64,000 nt of DNA, taken from the IMG/VR virus record IMGVR_UViG_3300025127_000014. One strand, given 5' to 3'. The DNA comes from an uncultured virus (IMG/VR IMGVR_UViG_3300025127_000014) (lineage: Duplodnaviria > Heunggongvirae > Uroviricota > Caudoviricetes). The notes under the pieces were generated by a model, which was not told the origin of the DNA, did not search any database, and saw nothing but the letters and a program-made list of their open reading frames with translations. Position numbers and translations under genes: made by a program. Shown in pieces: positions 52,598-63,388 of the stretch; position 1 is the stretch's first letter, and each line of letters starts with the position of its first letter.

Positions 52598-55150
52598 GTG
52601 GCCACCGAAGAAGAAGTAAAATTAGCCGAAAAATTAGATAAATTACAAGCTGATATTAATAATGGTAAGGCCGAAGAAGAAAGATTATCAGAAGAAATTA
52701 AAAAGCTGTCAGAAGACCAAATTAAAAGTCTTTTACAAATGTCGGGCATCCGAGACACGATAAAAGCTCAACTTAAACAACAGTTAGTAAACGAACAAGA
52801 GTTGGCTGACAGACTTGAAAAAAGACTCACAGATCAAAAAATTCTTAACGATTTTCTCAAAGATGCAGTTAAAATTTCTCAATCAAGTTACTCTCAAGCG
52901 GTTATGACCGAAGAGTTACAGAAGGGCATAGTTGAGGCCCGCCGACTTGAGATTAGAATGCTTAAGCAGCAAATGAAAGAAGAAGGCGAACTTCTCGGCG
53001 CCGCAGCCAAAAGATTAGCTGATTTACAAGAATTAGAAAGCAGGCTGGAAACATTTGGTAGTGCTGCTAGCGATATTGCTCAAGGCTTGTTCAGTGGTGA
53101 TGCTAGCGGCATTCAAAGTGCTTTAAGTGGAATTGCTAGCAGTATGAAAGGCGAGCTATCTCAGGGCATACAGCAAGCTGTTATGGGCTCCGAAAGCCTA
53201 GGCGAAGGTCTTCAAGCTGCTGGTAAAAAGATGGGTGCTTTGGCTCTTTTTACTTTAATTGAGCAAACTATAACATTGGCCGTTACACTAGGTGATGCAG
53301 AAAATGCATTTATGAAGGCTACAGGGGCCTCAGAGGACTTTGCGCGTTCTATTTCGAGAACTTATGAGGAAGGCCGTAAATTCACTGCCACAGCGGAAGA
53401 CATGTCCAAATCTGCCACATCGTTATTTAATACTTTCACAGATTTTACATTTCAAGACCAACAAACCAGAGATGGCTTAATTAAAACAGGTGCTGTTTTG
53501 GATAAACTTGGTGTTTCTAATGAAAACTTTGCTCAAGGTATCCAAATAGCAACAAAAGGACTGTCAATGAGCGCAGAAGACGCCAGCCAGTCGATGTTGG
53601 ATTTACAAAAATTTGCCGAAGAGCTTGGTGTTGCTCCAGACATGCTTGCTGGTCAATTTGCCGAAGCAGGTGATACATTAATGAAATTAGGTGAAAACGG
53701 TGATGAAGCGTTTAGAGATTTGGCTGCAGCTGCTAAGGTCACTGGCTTACAGGTCAACAAGTTGCTTAACATTGTAAACCAATTTGATACTTTTGAAGGT
53801 GCAGCTAGACAAGCTGGCAAACTGAACGCTGCTCTTGGCGGCAACTTTGTCAATGCTATGGATCTTATGATGGAGACTGATCCAACTGCTAGATTCGAAC
53901 AAATAAGAGATGCTATTTTGGATACTGGGTTATCGTTCGATGACATGTCGTATTATCAGAAGAACTTTTACAAAGATGCTTTAGGGCTTGATAGTGTTGG
54001 CGATTTAGCGCTAGCTTTGAGTGGTAATATGGACGCAGTCTCGGAAGAAACTAAGAAAACATCACAAGATTTTCAAGAAGCTGCTGAAAGAGCTAAAACA
54101 CTTGCTTCATTTCAGGAGCAATTAAACGCTGTATTTGCCCAAATGATCCCAATACTTACCCCTTTAATTGATGCATTCAGGGGTTTATTAACGTTTGTTT
54201 CGGATAATATAGGAATGCTCAAACTATTAGGCGGTACGCTTTTAGTTGTTTTTGGTGGTGTTCCGGGAATCGTGATAGCGGTTATGGGGCTTTTGGATGC
54301 TATGAAAATGGGAGAAGAAAGAGTTTCGGTGTTATCGGCTCTTCTTCAGGGTCTTTTTTATCCAATTTCTGCAATTGGGGATTTATTCACCTTTTTAAAA
54401 GAGCAATTAGTTGGCGCTTTCGGTGGCACAGAACAATTTGCAGCGGCGACTGAAAAACTTATACCCTTTGTTAAATTTCTTGGCGCTGCCATCGGCATCG
54501 GCTTGCTGATACCGCTAGCTAAAGTAATTGGTGTTGCCTCAGCTGTGACGATTGCAATAGTTGGTATAGGAACAGCAATTGCGAAATTGATGGGTGCGTT
54601 TAAAAAGAAAAATTCACCAAGCTTCTTTGATATGTTTACTGGCGGCTTGCTAGCCAAAGCAATCGAAACCCTGATGATTCCGTTTGACAAATTTAAGGGA
54701 ATGTTAGAAACAATTGGCGGCATATTTAGTTCAATTATGGGCGGTGTGGTTGCGTTTTTCACTGCGCTCACAGATCCCACGGCCGCAGCAAATATCGAAA
54801 AAATCGCTGCTGCTATAGCTGAAGTGCCTGTAACAAATGCGTTTGCTTTAGGTAGTGCCATGACTGATGTAGGTGAAGCACTGCAAATACAGGCATCTGT
54901 TGGCAATAATGATGTAATGAACAGATCAATGGAAGTTGCATCTGGATTAAGTGAAGCCACTTTTAACAGGACTGCAGCGCCGATAGCCGCCAACACTAAT
55001 ATTTCCCAAAACTCTTCAAAAACCACATATGTTAATAGCGGGCCCGAGACAGCAGTCTTCGATGTTAGGATCGGTGATGAAAAACTTGGTAGAGTTGTAC
55101 AGAAAATTTCAGACAAGACCATATCTAATAGTATGACAGGGAGAAACTAA
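52598..55150 (+). CDS. Tape measure protein
   Basis: 850 aa Ala/Gly/Leu-rich helical protein with a hydrophobic C-terminal half, directly after the chaperone genes. Confidence 0.8.
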   Translation: MATEEEVKLAEKLDKLQADINNGKAEEERLSEEIKKLSEDQIKSLLQMSGIRDTIKAQLKQQLVNEQELADRLEKRLTDQKILNDFLKDAVKISQSSYSQAVMTEELQKGIVEARRLEIRMLKQQMKEEGELLGAAAKRLADLQELESRLETFGSAASDIAQGLFSGDASGIQSALSGIASSMKGELSQGIQQAVMGSESLGEGLQAAGKKMGALALFTLIEQTITLAVTLGDAENAFMKATGASEDFARSISRTYEEGRKFTATAEDMSKSATSLFNTFTDFTFQDQQTRDGLIKTGAVLDKLGVSNENFAQGIQIATKGLSMSAEDASQSMLDLQKFAEELGVAPDMLAGQFAEAGDTLMKLGENGDEAFRDLAAAAKVTGLQVNKLLNIVNQFDTFEGAARQAGKLNAALGGNFVNAMDLMMETDPTARFEQIRDAILDTGLSFDDMSYYQKNFYKDALGLDSVGDLALALSGNMDAVSEETKKTSQDFQEAAERAKTLASFQEQLNAVFAQMIPILTPLIDAFRGLLTFVSDNIGMLKLLGGTLLVVFGGVPGIVIAVMGLLDAMKMGEERVSVLSALLQGLFYPISAIGDLFTFLKEQLVGAFGGTEQFAAATEKLIPFVKFLGAAIGIGLLIPLAKVIGVASAVTIAIVGIGTAIAKLMGAFKKKNSPSFFDMFTGGLLAKAIETLMIPFDKFKGMLETIGGIFSSIMGGVVAFFTALTDPTAAANIEKIAAAIAEVPVTNAFALGSAMTDVGEALQIQASVGNNDVMNRSMEVASGLSEATFNRTAAPIAANTNISQNSSKTTYVNSGPETAVFDVRIGDEKLGRVVQKISDKTISNSMTGRN

Positions 55151-55152
55151 TA

Positions 55153-56343
55153 ATGGCCGATAACTCAGATGAAATAGGTTCTGCAGCAGATTTTTATAAT
55201 CAAATCTTTGATGCTCATCGTTATAAGAAAAATAGAGTAGGCAGAAAAGATGATGTTTTTTATGCAGATGGATCTGATGGATTAGCTAATCTTAAAAAGC
55301 TTTATCTTTCTTTTCAACACGTGGGTTCTGAAAAAAGTGTATATTTTAAAGCTTTTATAACTGCTTTTAATGAATCTTACACATCAAATTGGAATACGGA
55401 AACTGTTTTTGGTCGCGGAGACCCAATTCATACTTTTACACAGACCACAAAACAAATTCAATTAAGTTTTGTAATTCCTGCTGCCAGTGAAAGCGAGGCA
55501 TTTGAAAATTTAGGCAAAGTCCAAAGTTTAAGTCAGTTTTTGTATCCAAATTATCACAATGTACAACAGGCTCAGACAATCGCCCAAGGTCCGCTCGTGA
55601 GACTTAAAGTTATGAACTTATTGCAGAACATGGCTAACAGCTCAACAACTGACGGCGGTCAGGCAAATTTCAGAAACTTGAAAACCAAATCAACTTATTT
55701 TAAAGAATATAAATCCAAAGGTTTATCGCCGGGTTTTGGACAACTAGGATTTATCTCATCCTTAACTGTCAACCATAATTTAGAAAATAGAGAATCTGGT
55801 GTTTTTGAAAAATTAGATCCTGACACAAATCAAACTGTGCAAAACACTATTTTACCTAAAGTTATTGAAGTTGTTATCTCGTTCACACCAATTCACGAGC
55901 ATGCTCTTGGTTGGGATGCCAATGGAAACTTCTCAGAAAAAATGTTTCCGTATGGTGTATCGCTTTATGACGCGGGCCAAAACGATTCTAACGCTGAGGG
56001 CGCGACTTGGCAACAAGCAGTGCAATCAGAATCCGATCGTGTTAAGCTTGAGCAAGCTCGTCAAGCTGCTGAAGCTAGATATTCTGGAATGTTTGGCAAA
56101 AAAGGATTATTTGGAATAGGTGGTGGCCGGCTTGCTAGAGATCAACGCAGGTTGTCCGCCAAGGAAGGCGAAAAGGGTTATATTAAAAACGATGCTAAGC
56201 GAGCCTATATCGCCAGCGCAGTCGCCGGCGAAGCAATGACTGAAAGAGGCTATAGTGATTCTGAAGGCACAGTAAAGGGCGACAGAGAACGCGTCCAAGA
56301 TATGGAAACAATTGGTGATGAGGGCGGCTATACGCCGGGGTAA
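55153..56343 (+). CDS. Putative baseplate / tube-initiator protein
   Basis: FNESYTSNWNTETVFGRGDPIHTFTQTTKQIQLSF, LYPNY, PLVRL and GFISSLTV resemble tube-fold baseplate proteins. Confidence 0.65.
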   Translation: MADNSDEIGSAADFYNQIFDAHRYKKNRVGRKDDVFYADGSDGLANLKKLYLSFQHVGSEKSVYFKAFITAFNESYTSNWNTETVFGRGDPIHTFTQTTKQIQLSFVIPAASESEAFENLGKVQSLSQFLYPNYHNVQQAQTIAQGPLVRLKVMNLLQNMANSSTTDGGQANFRNLKTKSTYFKEYKSKGLSPGFGQLGFISSLTVNHNLENRESGVFEKLDPDTNQTVQNTILPKVIEVVISFTPIHEHALGWDANGNFSEKMFPYGVSLYDAGQNDSNAEGATWQQAVQSESDRVKLEQARQAAEARYSGMFGKKGLFGIGGGRLARDQRRLSAKEGEKGYIKNDAKRAYIASAVAGEAMTERGYSDSEGTVKGDRERVQDMETIGDEGGYTPG

Positions 56344-56349
56344 TAAATT

Positions 56350-56685
56350 ATGTCAAGATATGATGGATATAAAAAATTTAGAAATGATAGCGAGTATTAC
56401 GCTCCGTTAAGAAAATCACGAAAACTGAAAAGCATTGTTCAATATGGTACGGCTCTGTTGTATCACCCAAACATTTTTGAAAGAGCTGCCTTGCAGAGAG
56501 ACACTCACATATGGAAATACGGCGATAGGTTTTACAATCTTGCGGATAAGTATTATAATAATCCTGATCTTTGGTGGATTATTGCTTGGTATAACGGATA
56601 TCCAACAGAGGCTCACATTCAAAAAGGCGACGTTATTGAAATACCTGTCAGTTTAGAAGAAGTCAGCAGTATTTTAGGAGTATAA
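56350..56685 (+). CDS. LysM-like baseplate wedge protein (gp53 / P2 gpX-like)
   Basis: GDRFYNLADKYYNNPDLWWIIAWYN...GDVIEIP. Confidence 0.8.
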   Translation: MSRYDGYKKFRNDSEYYAPLRKSRKLKSIVQYGTALLYHPNIFERAALQRDTHIWKYGDRFYNLADKYYNNPDLWWIIAWYNGYPTEAHIQKGDVIEIPVSLEEVSSILGV

Positions 56686-56686
56686 T

Positions 56687-59600
56687 ATGGCAGAACAGGT
56701 TAATCATAAATGTTCAGTTGAAGGCGTTGACTCATCTAATTCTAATAGTAGATTTTTAAACAAATCTTTGGCTAAAAATTGTGGACCTCTATTGGAATCT
56801 GCACAATGTGTTAAAGCTGGTGCTAAAGAATATGATGCTAAACAATCAAAAGTCACGGAAATTGAAACTGAACTTTTGACTTTGATGGAGTCAGCACCAC
56901 GTGATGCGGACGTCAATGATAATTTTAAAAGTAGTCTCAAAGCTTACCTTAGAGACTCCGGCCCATTGTTTGGTGAGCCAATGACTGGTGGCGAGGTTTC
57001 GAAACAGCAATTAGATGCCTTAACAACTAAAGTTGGACTTTTTCACGAAGATGCGAAGGCTGCTGAAGCCGCCCGCCGCGGCGATCAGTACGGTGACAAG
57101 TCAGTGCGCACCGTAAAAGTGAACAGCCTGACCAAGTTCCGTGACAACGCCGTAAACAAATTTAAAAAGAGTTCTTACTATACAGATAATAAAGAAAAAT
57201 TCGATCCTGTTTTCGAAAAATACTCTAAAGCACGACAAGAAGCAGTATCTGTTTTGCAAGGACCTGCTCTAGGTCCCAGTGGTAAGAAAAGTTGCGCAGA
57301 TACAATGGATAACGCACTGGACGCAATCCATAGTGCTGCTGGAACTGACGCAGGTATATTGGTTAGCCAACACGCATATAAAGGAATAACACCACAAGAT
57401 GCTGCTAAAGGGGCCCAAGACCGTCTTAATAATACCGCTGCTGGTTCAATAAAAATTAATGTTGTTTATGATCTACAATTCAAAGAACAATGCATTCTTT
57501 TAAGCCAAGTATCAGCTTTGGCGGACTATAGTTATGCTTTGGACAACGTTAAAATGCAGCTTGAAGACGAAGACGACACCGGTGCTGCTAAGCTAAGGAG
57601 AACATTGCCATACACGCCCCGGGGAGCCGGCAATTCACCTTTAGTCGTAAATGGGGAGTCTTTTGGATTTATCAATAAGTTGACTCAGCCTGTTGGTATG
57701 GCTCCGTTCTACAACATGACAACTGCTGAAATATCATCATTGCAGCCCCTTATCAGACTATATAGGGTTGAAAATGCCAATAAAAAGGGAGCTAGTATTA
57801 AGGAAACTGAAATATTTTTTGATTCTAATTTACTTGATTCAAAAAGCGTTCTGATGGACAAAACTAAAAGAGGATTTGGTGTTGGCATACAATCATTAAA
57901 TATCGCTTTTGAAGGTCAAGATATGTTTGCTCAAAAACGATGTATTAAGGCAAATCTAACTTTGTTTGCGCATGATTTTGGAGAACTTCTAAAAGATAGG
58001 GGAGGATTCCGCTACATTGATCTGGCTCTAAAGACTGGTAAGAATATTAAACAACAAGCTAAAACCATAAAATCTAATGATGATTTAAATTTTAGATTAA
58101 AAGCTGTTTTTGGGTGGACAATGCCACCAAACAATAGCCCTGCATCGCATTTACAAAATGTACTTAAAGATACTTTTGTTAGTGTTAATCTTACTCCGGT
58201 AACACATACTTTTGATTTTGATGAATTTGGTCGGGTTAAATTTAATATTGAATATCTAGCTTATATTGAAGAACATTGTGCAAAAAATAATTATAATATT
58301 TTTACCGATGCTGAAACTTATAGCACAATTTTAAGACGAAAATTAGCTTTTGAATCTGCTAACAGGACACTTAATTGTGAAAAAGCTGATGACTTGAAAA
58401 AAACCGTGAAGGATATAAAGGCCAGCGACAAAGACGCTATAAAACTTGAAAAACAAACAATGCATGCTCATTTAATAAAAGAACTATTTTTACAAGGCTT
58501 TATACATCACTTGAATTTTAATCGTGAAGACCTTGAATCGGTAATAAAACTTGGTCCTTCACACGATTTAGTTTCGAACAAAGTACGCCGCGGCCCCGGT
58601 AGCATGAACGCAAGCCTATCAAAAGATCTGCAAGATTCGTTTGTATCGGAATTAAACAAATCTTCAGCAGACAAAGATGTTAAAAAAGAAATGGCATCTG
58701 CGCTTTTAAGTGCTGGTGGCGACTCCATTCAAATTCCCTTCTTTTATCTTGGTGATTTAATTAATTTAATTGTTGCAAGTATGGACAATTTTTTGACCAA
58801 AACCGAGCAATTAGTCAAATCACCCGGTAACTACATGGGTATAACAATTGAGCCAGACATCTTGGAAGCTGAAACAATTGCTTTAAAAAGAGCGTCGGAA
58901 GAATTTAAAAAATTTCGACTTGTCTTGGGGCCATTAGAGATCGTTGACCATAAAAATGAAAACGTAAAGTATATTAATTTCGCTGATGTTCCAATATCGG
59001 TTAAGTATTTTTCAGAATGGTTAACCTCCAAACTTCTTAAAAAAGATCAAGCTCTTTATTCTTTAACTCAATTCTTGAAAGATTTGTTTAACGATTTAAT
59101 AAAAAATTATCTCAATGATGATTCGTGCTTTTCGTTCTCTATTAAGCAAAAAGTAAGACTGTTTGAAGGTGTTGTTACATCGTATCCTCAAGGCTCAAGA
59201 GATGAGATTACAAGTCAAATAATTTCTTCAAGAAATGGCCACAATCGTCTCAATATCAATACGGCAAGGATGCCTGTTTTAAATATCAAAGGCAGATCGA
59301 TCTATGACAAGCCAAACCCCGGAATTAATAATGAAATTAATTATTTTATTTTTTATGCTGGTCGAACTCAGCCGATAGAAGAGATGATGGGTATAAGATC
59401 AGAGGATGAAAGTAAAGGCATTTATCATTATCTTTTAGGAAAGGACAAAGGGCTAATCAAAAATATATCATTAAATAAAACAGATTCTCCCGGCTTAAAA
59501 GAAGTTAGATTCGAGCAAGAAGGGTATGATGGATTACATCAACTTAGAGAATTGTATGATGTTGAAATCGATTCCTATGCAAATATGACCGCCTTCCCGG

Positions 59601-60043
59601 GAAATTATATTTTTGTAGATCCTCTCGGGTTTGCTCCAAATTTAGTGCCGTTTAGTAGAGATAATTTTGACTTGACTGATTTAGGTGTCGGGGGCTACTA
59701 TATGGTGACAAGAGCGTCACACGAACTCGGCCCGGGCTTCGCAAACACAAAATTAAACGCTGTTTGGGTCGCCTCGCAAGCAGGAGCTGAATCAGGAGCT
59801 ATTGTTGAAACTGGTCGAGGTGCAAATGAAATGAAAGCTGCCAAATGTGCCTCCAAACAAGCCAAACAGGGCAAAATAGGCACCAGTGCCGCCATCGGTG
59901 ACTTTGAATTTTCAGGACAAGCCCCACCACTTTCAGGTTTGGACGATAATCCTGAAGCCCCGCCATCAGTAGTTGACCCAATACCGCCAAGTGAGCCGGG
60001 TGAAACTATGAGTATTGGATTTGGCGCCGGCAGCAAACTTTAA
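56687..60043 (+). CDS. Large putative baseplate hub protein
   Basis: 1118 aa after the LysM gene; C-terminal FPGNYIFVDP...LGVGGYYMVTRASHEL resembles the end of hub (gp27/gpD-like) proteins. Confidence 0.55.
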   Translation: MAEQVNHKCSVEGVDSSNSNSRFLNKSLAKNCGPLLESAQCVKAGAKEYDAKQSKVTEIETELLTLMESAPRDADVNDNFKSSLKAYLRDSGPLFGEPMTGGEVSKQQLDALTTKVGLFHEDAKAAEAARRGDQYGDKSVRTVKVNSLTKFRDNAVNKFKKSSYYTDNKEKFDPVFEKYSKARQEAVSVLQGPALGPSGKKSCADTMDNALDAIHSAAGTDAGILVSQHAYKGITPQDAAKGAQDRLNNTAAGSIKINVVYDLQFKEQCILLSQVSALADYSYALDNVKMQLEDEDDTGAAKLRRTLPYTPRGAGNSPLVVNGESFGFINKLTQPVGMAPFYNMTTAEISSLQPLIRLYRVENANKKGASIKETEIFFDSNLLDSKSVLMDKTKRGFGVGIQSLNIAFEGQDMFAQKRCIKANLTLFAHDFGELLKDRGGFRYIDLALKTGKNIKQQAKTIKSNDDLNFRLKAVFGWTMPPNNSPASHLQNVLKDTFVSVNLTPVTHTFDFDEFGRVKFNIEYLAYIEEHCAKNNYNIFTDAETYSTILRRKLAFESANRTLNCEKADDLKKTVKDIKASDKDAIKLEKQTMHAHLIKELFLQGFIHHLNFNREDLESVIKLGPSHDLVSNKVRRGPGSMNASLSKDLQDSFVSELNKSSADKDVKKEMASALLSAGGDSIQIPFFYLGDLINLIVASMDNFLTKTEQLVKSPGNYMGITIEPDILEAETIALKRASEEFKKFRLVLGPLEIVDHKNENVKYINFADVPISVKYFSEWLTSKLLKKDQALYSLTQFLKDLFNDLIKNYLNDDSCFSFSIKQKVRLFEGVVTSYPQGSRDEITSQIISSRNGHNRLNINTARMPVLNIKGRSIYDKPNPGINNEINYFIFYAGRTQPIEEMMGIRSEDESKGIYHYLLGKDKGLIKNISLNKTDSPGLKEVRFEQEGYDGLHQLRELYDVEIDSYANMTAFPGNYIFVDPLGFAPNLVPFSRDNFDLTDLGVGGYYMVTRASHELGPGFANTKLNAVWVASQAGAESGAIVETGRGANEMKAAKCASKQAKQGKIGTSAAIGDFEFSGQAPPLSGLDDNPEAPPSVVDPIPPSEPGETMSIGFGAGSKL

Positions 60044-60055
60044 GGAATATTTATA

Positions 60056-61306
60056 ATGTCAGACAAATTTTATATTAAAGAAAACGATGACGGCGCCACA
60101 ATAACTTATAGTAAAAGAATATTATACAATTTTTTAGCCGAAACCGATCAAGACGAATACATGAACTTAGTAGATTTTAACTTGGGGGAAAAGTTTTTTT
60201 ATGGTCGTGTTAGTAGAAATTTTGTGCCCATGTTTGCAAATGTTCAAAGACTCAGGGGCTTGGGAACCTTTAATGGAGCACACCAAGATACATCACAAGT
60301 TGTGGCCTTTGATTTTGTTGTGCAAGCATTTCAAGATTTACAAAACCAATTTGATAAACAAGTGGCAGCACGTAAAATTAATGCTAACCTTGATTTTTTG
60401 AGTAATTTAAAAATTTACAAATCTTATCTTGACCCCATAGATCTATTTATCGAGCACCAAGATATCTATACAGCACAGATTACACAACACTTCAGCGACA
60501 AAAATATACAAGTTGAAAACTTTTCTGAGTTTGTGTCACATTTTATGAAAATAATCAGCAAGTCTGCTAACAGATTTCCGTTCACGTTTTCAGGTTATGT
60601 GAAAAGTAAATATTGCCCAATCAACACTAGTGGTTTAGTGATAGAAATAGCTGATGAAGATTATTTTAATGATCTCAGTAAAGTTGAACAATTTATAAAC
60701 AGCCCTAATTGGTTATTTTACTTGAATGCATGTCGTTCCTATGGCTTTTTAGTTGATAGAAACATACCATGGCGTCTTGTTGCAAATATTGCATCGCCTG
60801 AGATGTTAGAATACAGTAGAAATTTTGCTATTACGAATACGGACGAAATTCTTAATCTTTATTACGATAGGACCGACAATATATATTTTAATAAATTAAG
60901 ATTATACTTGCACAAGTTGTATCATGATGTTATAGTAGACGAGGACGGCCGCGTGAAGAGAATAACTTTTTTTGAAGATTGCAATGGTAGAACAAAAACA
61001 AGAATTGTACACCCACAAAAATATAGTATTGAAAAATTAGAAAAATTATTTGATGATAGAAAGCTGTTGAAAATGTATTTTGATATTAGAATCATGGAAG
61101 AGGAAATAGAGTTGACCGACAGTCAAAAAAATAGATTATACAGAGACTGTCTATCAATCCAATCTTATAAAAACACCAATGAAGCACTATTCAATTTTGA
61201 AACTATTATTAATCATCCATTTGACTACAACGGTTCCTTGAGTTATCATCTTGACAGAACTAAGAAAGGTTACGGGGGCAAAATTGTACTTCCAGACATT
61301 AGATGA
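60056..61306 (+). CDS. Hypothetical protein
   Basis: 416 aa with AAGGA RBS; YGFLVDRNIPWRLVANI. Confidence 0.75.
   Translation: MSDKFYIKENDDGATITYSKRILYNFLAETDQDEYMNLVDFNLGEKFFYGRVSRNFVPMFANVQRLRGLGTFNGAHQDTSQVVAFDFVVQAFQDLQNQFDKQVAARKINANLDFLSNLKIYKSYLDPIDLFIEHQDIYTAQITQHFSDKNIQVENFSEFVSHFMKIISKSANRFPFTFSGYVKSKYCPINTSGLVIEIADEDYFNDLSKVEQFINSPNWLFYLNACRSYGFLVDRNIPWRLVANIASPEMLEYSRNFAITNTDEILNLYYDRTDNIYFNKLRLYLHKLYHDVIVDEDGRVKRITFFEDCNGRTKTRIVHPQKYSIEKLEKLFDDRKLLKMYFDIRIMEEEIELTDSQKNRLYRDCLSIQSYKNTNEALFNFETIINHPFDYNGSLSYHLDRTKKGYGGKIVLPDIR
61221..61249 (+). promoter_or_regulatory. Sigma70-type promoter
   Basis: TTGACT-N17-TATCAT upstream of the polymerase gene. Confidence 0.55.
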
Positions 61307-62468
61307 TAAAAGCGAGTGCGTTGGAGTGTATACTAATGGTGAATTGTTTTTTGATTCATTGCCCACAGGGATATCACGAACATGGCGCCATTCCGGTGCC
61401 TTGAGAGATAACAATATTGAGTATGCATGGCTTTACACAGGCGGAAAAAATTTACAACAAGTGTGTCCTGATAAATACTCAAAGCAACTTTTGGCATCTC
61501 AAGCAAAATTTAGAGCATATCTTAAATCATTCAAGATTGCCAAGATAAATTTGCGTGAGTTATGCTTTTTTGACTTAGTACCACACGATTTCTTGCTGGA
61601 ATTTTGCGAAGTTAAAAACAAGATAACACAACACGTTTTTGAAACTTTCGACAGACCGGAAAATTATGCTTATTTGTCAGATGTACACAGGCTTCTCCAC
61701 AAAATAAAATTTAATGATCTTTTTCTAGATACTAAAAATTCGAGAAATTTGCTAACAAACACAAACGATAGAAACCGGATTAAAAAACTACTTTCGGGAC
61801 CGAAGCATATTGATTACAATCTTTTTGGTACAACAACAGGTCGTCTTACAACTTATACGAACTCTTTTCCTATGCTTACACTTAAGAGAGAATTACGTCA
61901 AATTGTAAAGCCTAAAAATGATTGGTTCGTGAGCTTAGACTACAATGGTGCTGAAATTAGAACCGTGCTGGCTCTATCAGATGAGCCTCAGCCTGAACAT
62001 GATATACATTTGTGGAATTGTGAAAATGTCTTTGGAGGCTCAATTGGTCGCTCCGAGGCCAAAGAGAAATTTTTTGCTTGGCTTTATAATCCCGAATCAA
62101 AAGAGATAGAAAATGATTTTTATAATCGTGATTCACTATTAGAGCAGTATTATTCTAATGGCTGCATTTCTACACCATTTGGCAGAGTTATCGAAGTTGA
62201 AAAAAGAAAAGCGTTTAATTACTTGATCCAGAGCACAACGTCTGATATAGTGTTAAAACAGGCGGTTAAGTTGGATCAGTTTTTGCATGGTAAAAAATCA
62301 TTTATATCTCATATCGTCCATGACGAAATAGTAATCGATTTGGATGACAGCGAACGTAATATTGTACCACTGATGCGCAATATATTTGAAAACAATATTT
62401 TTGGCTCTTTTGTGTCAAATGTCAATGCAGGCAAAAATTACTACGATTTGAAGGAGCTTAATTTATGA
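61284..62468 (+). CDS. Minimal family-A DNA polymerase domain protein
   Basis: TTGRLT; motif A SLDYNGAEIR; motif B RSEAKEKFFAWLY; NYLIQST; motif C IVHDEI. Start set at TTG 61284 after GGGGG (track start 61251). Confidence 0.8.
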   Translation: MYFQTLDDKSECVGVYTNGELFFDSLPTGISRTWRHSGALRDNNIEYAWLYTGGKNLQQVCPDKYSKQLLASQAKFRAYLKSFKIAKINLRELCFFDLVPHDFLLEFCEVKNKITQHVFETFDRPENYAYLSDVHRLLHKIKFNDLFLDTKNSRNLLTNTNDRNRIKKLLSGPKHIDYNLFGTTTGRLTTYTNSFPMLTLKRELRQIVKPKNDWFVSLDYNGAEIRTVLALSDEPQPEHDIHLWNCENVFGGSIGRSEAKEKFFAWLYNPESKEIENDFYNRDSLLEQYYSNGCISTPFGRVIEVEKRKAFNYLIQSTTSDIVLKQAVKLDQFLHGKKSFISHIVHDEIVIDLDDSERNIVPLMRNIFENNIFGSFVSNVNAGKNYYDLKELNL

Positions 62469-63328
62469 TTTCATTGTTAGGCATTGGTACAGCCGGCGAA
62501 AATATAGTTGAATGTTTTCAAAACAATAAAGAATACGATTGTTATGTTATTTCAGACAACATTGAAAGATCAAGCAAATATCGTAGAAAAATCAAGAGGC
62601 AAGAAAACCTTGAAGATTACGAAACTTCAATTCCAAATCTTAAAAAATTTTTTACTAATATTAATGATCATGTGCAAGTGTTTGTGTGCGGCGCTGGGCG
62701 TACAGCAAACGCTACTCTGGCGATTCTGCAGTATTTACAAGATAAGAAGATTGATATTTTCTACATACAGCCAGATGTTGATCTTTTAATGGGCGTCAAT
62801 AAACTTCAGGAAAGAGCGATTTTTGGTGTTCTGCAAGAATATGCCAGATCGGGCATTTTTAATTCTTTCACCGCTTTCAGCAATCCTATTTTGGAAGATT
62901 CTATCGGCTCAGTCCCAATTAAAAAGTACTTTGAAACGATAAATAAAACTATTTATTATTGCGTACACTACAAAAATCTTTTTGATTATACATCGCCTAT
63001 AATTGGCAATCTATCGCCCCCTCCGGAGGTACAAAGACTCCGCGCCTTGGGGCGTGTGGATCCGTATAGTCTTGAAGAAAATTGGTATTTTAATCTTGAC
63101 AATTCCCGTGACGTATGTTACTATATCTGCATATCTACAGAAAAACTTGAGAAAGATGGAGATTTACACAAAAAAATTATTAAGAATCTTAAAGATAAAC
63201 CTCGCAATGCATTCAAAAACGTGTCGTATGCCGTTTATGAATCGCCATTCGAAACAGACTTTGGGTTTTGCGTTGCCCATACCAACGTAATTCAACAAAA
63301 AACTCTTGACAAGCTAGAACAAGAGTGA
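62465..63328 (+). CDS. Divergent FtsZ/tubulin-like protein
   Basis: N-terminal LLGIGTAGENI (T1-like); signature loop degenerate (CGAGRTANA); LQEYARSG; ATGA overlap with the polymerase gene. Confidence 0.55.
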   Translation: MISLLGIGTAGENIVECFQNNKEYDCYVISDNIERSSKYRRKIKRQENLEDYETSIPNLKKFFTNINDHVQVFVCGAGRTANATLAILQYLQDKKIDIFYIQPDVDLLMGVNKLQERAIFGVLQEYARSGIFNSFTAFSNPILEDSIGSVPIKKYFETINKTIYYCVHYKNLFDYTSPIIGNLSPPPEVQRLRALGRVDPYSLEENWYFNLDNSRDVCYYICISTEKLEKDGDLHKKIIKNLKDKPRNAFKNVSYAVYESPFETDFGFCVAHTNVIQQKTLDKLEQE

Positions 63329-63334
63329 TACATT
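63306..63334 (+). promoter_or_regulatory. Sigma70-type promoter
   Basis: TTGACA-N17-TACATT with TG extension, upstream of the SSB gene. Confidence 0.65.
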
Positions 63335-63388
63335 AGATGCTGTGGAACGCACAGTATACTTTATAACAACAAATAGGAGAAAATACTA

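Noticed and set aside
44756..60043. Extracellular contractile injection system or tailocin (two sheaths, tube, LysM protein)
   Set aside because: Capsid, portal, protease, terminase and replication genes are contiguous, so this is a complete phage.
62948..62955. ACTATTTA inside the second tubulin-like gene as a promoter
   Set aside because: It is over 400 nt from the next start, which has its own sigma70 promoter; likely a chance match in AT-rich DNA.
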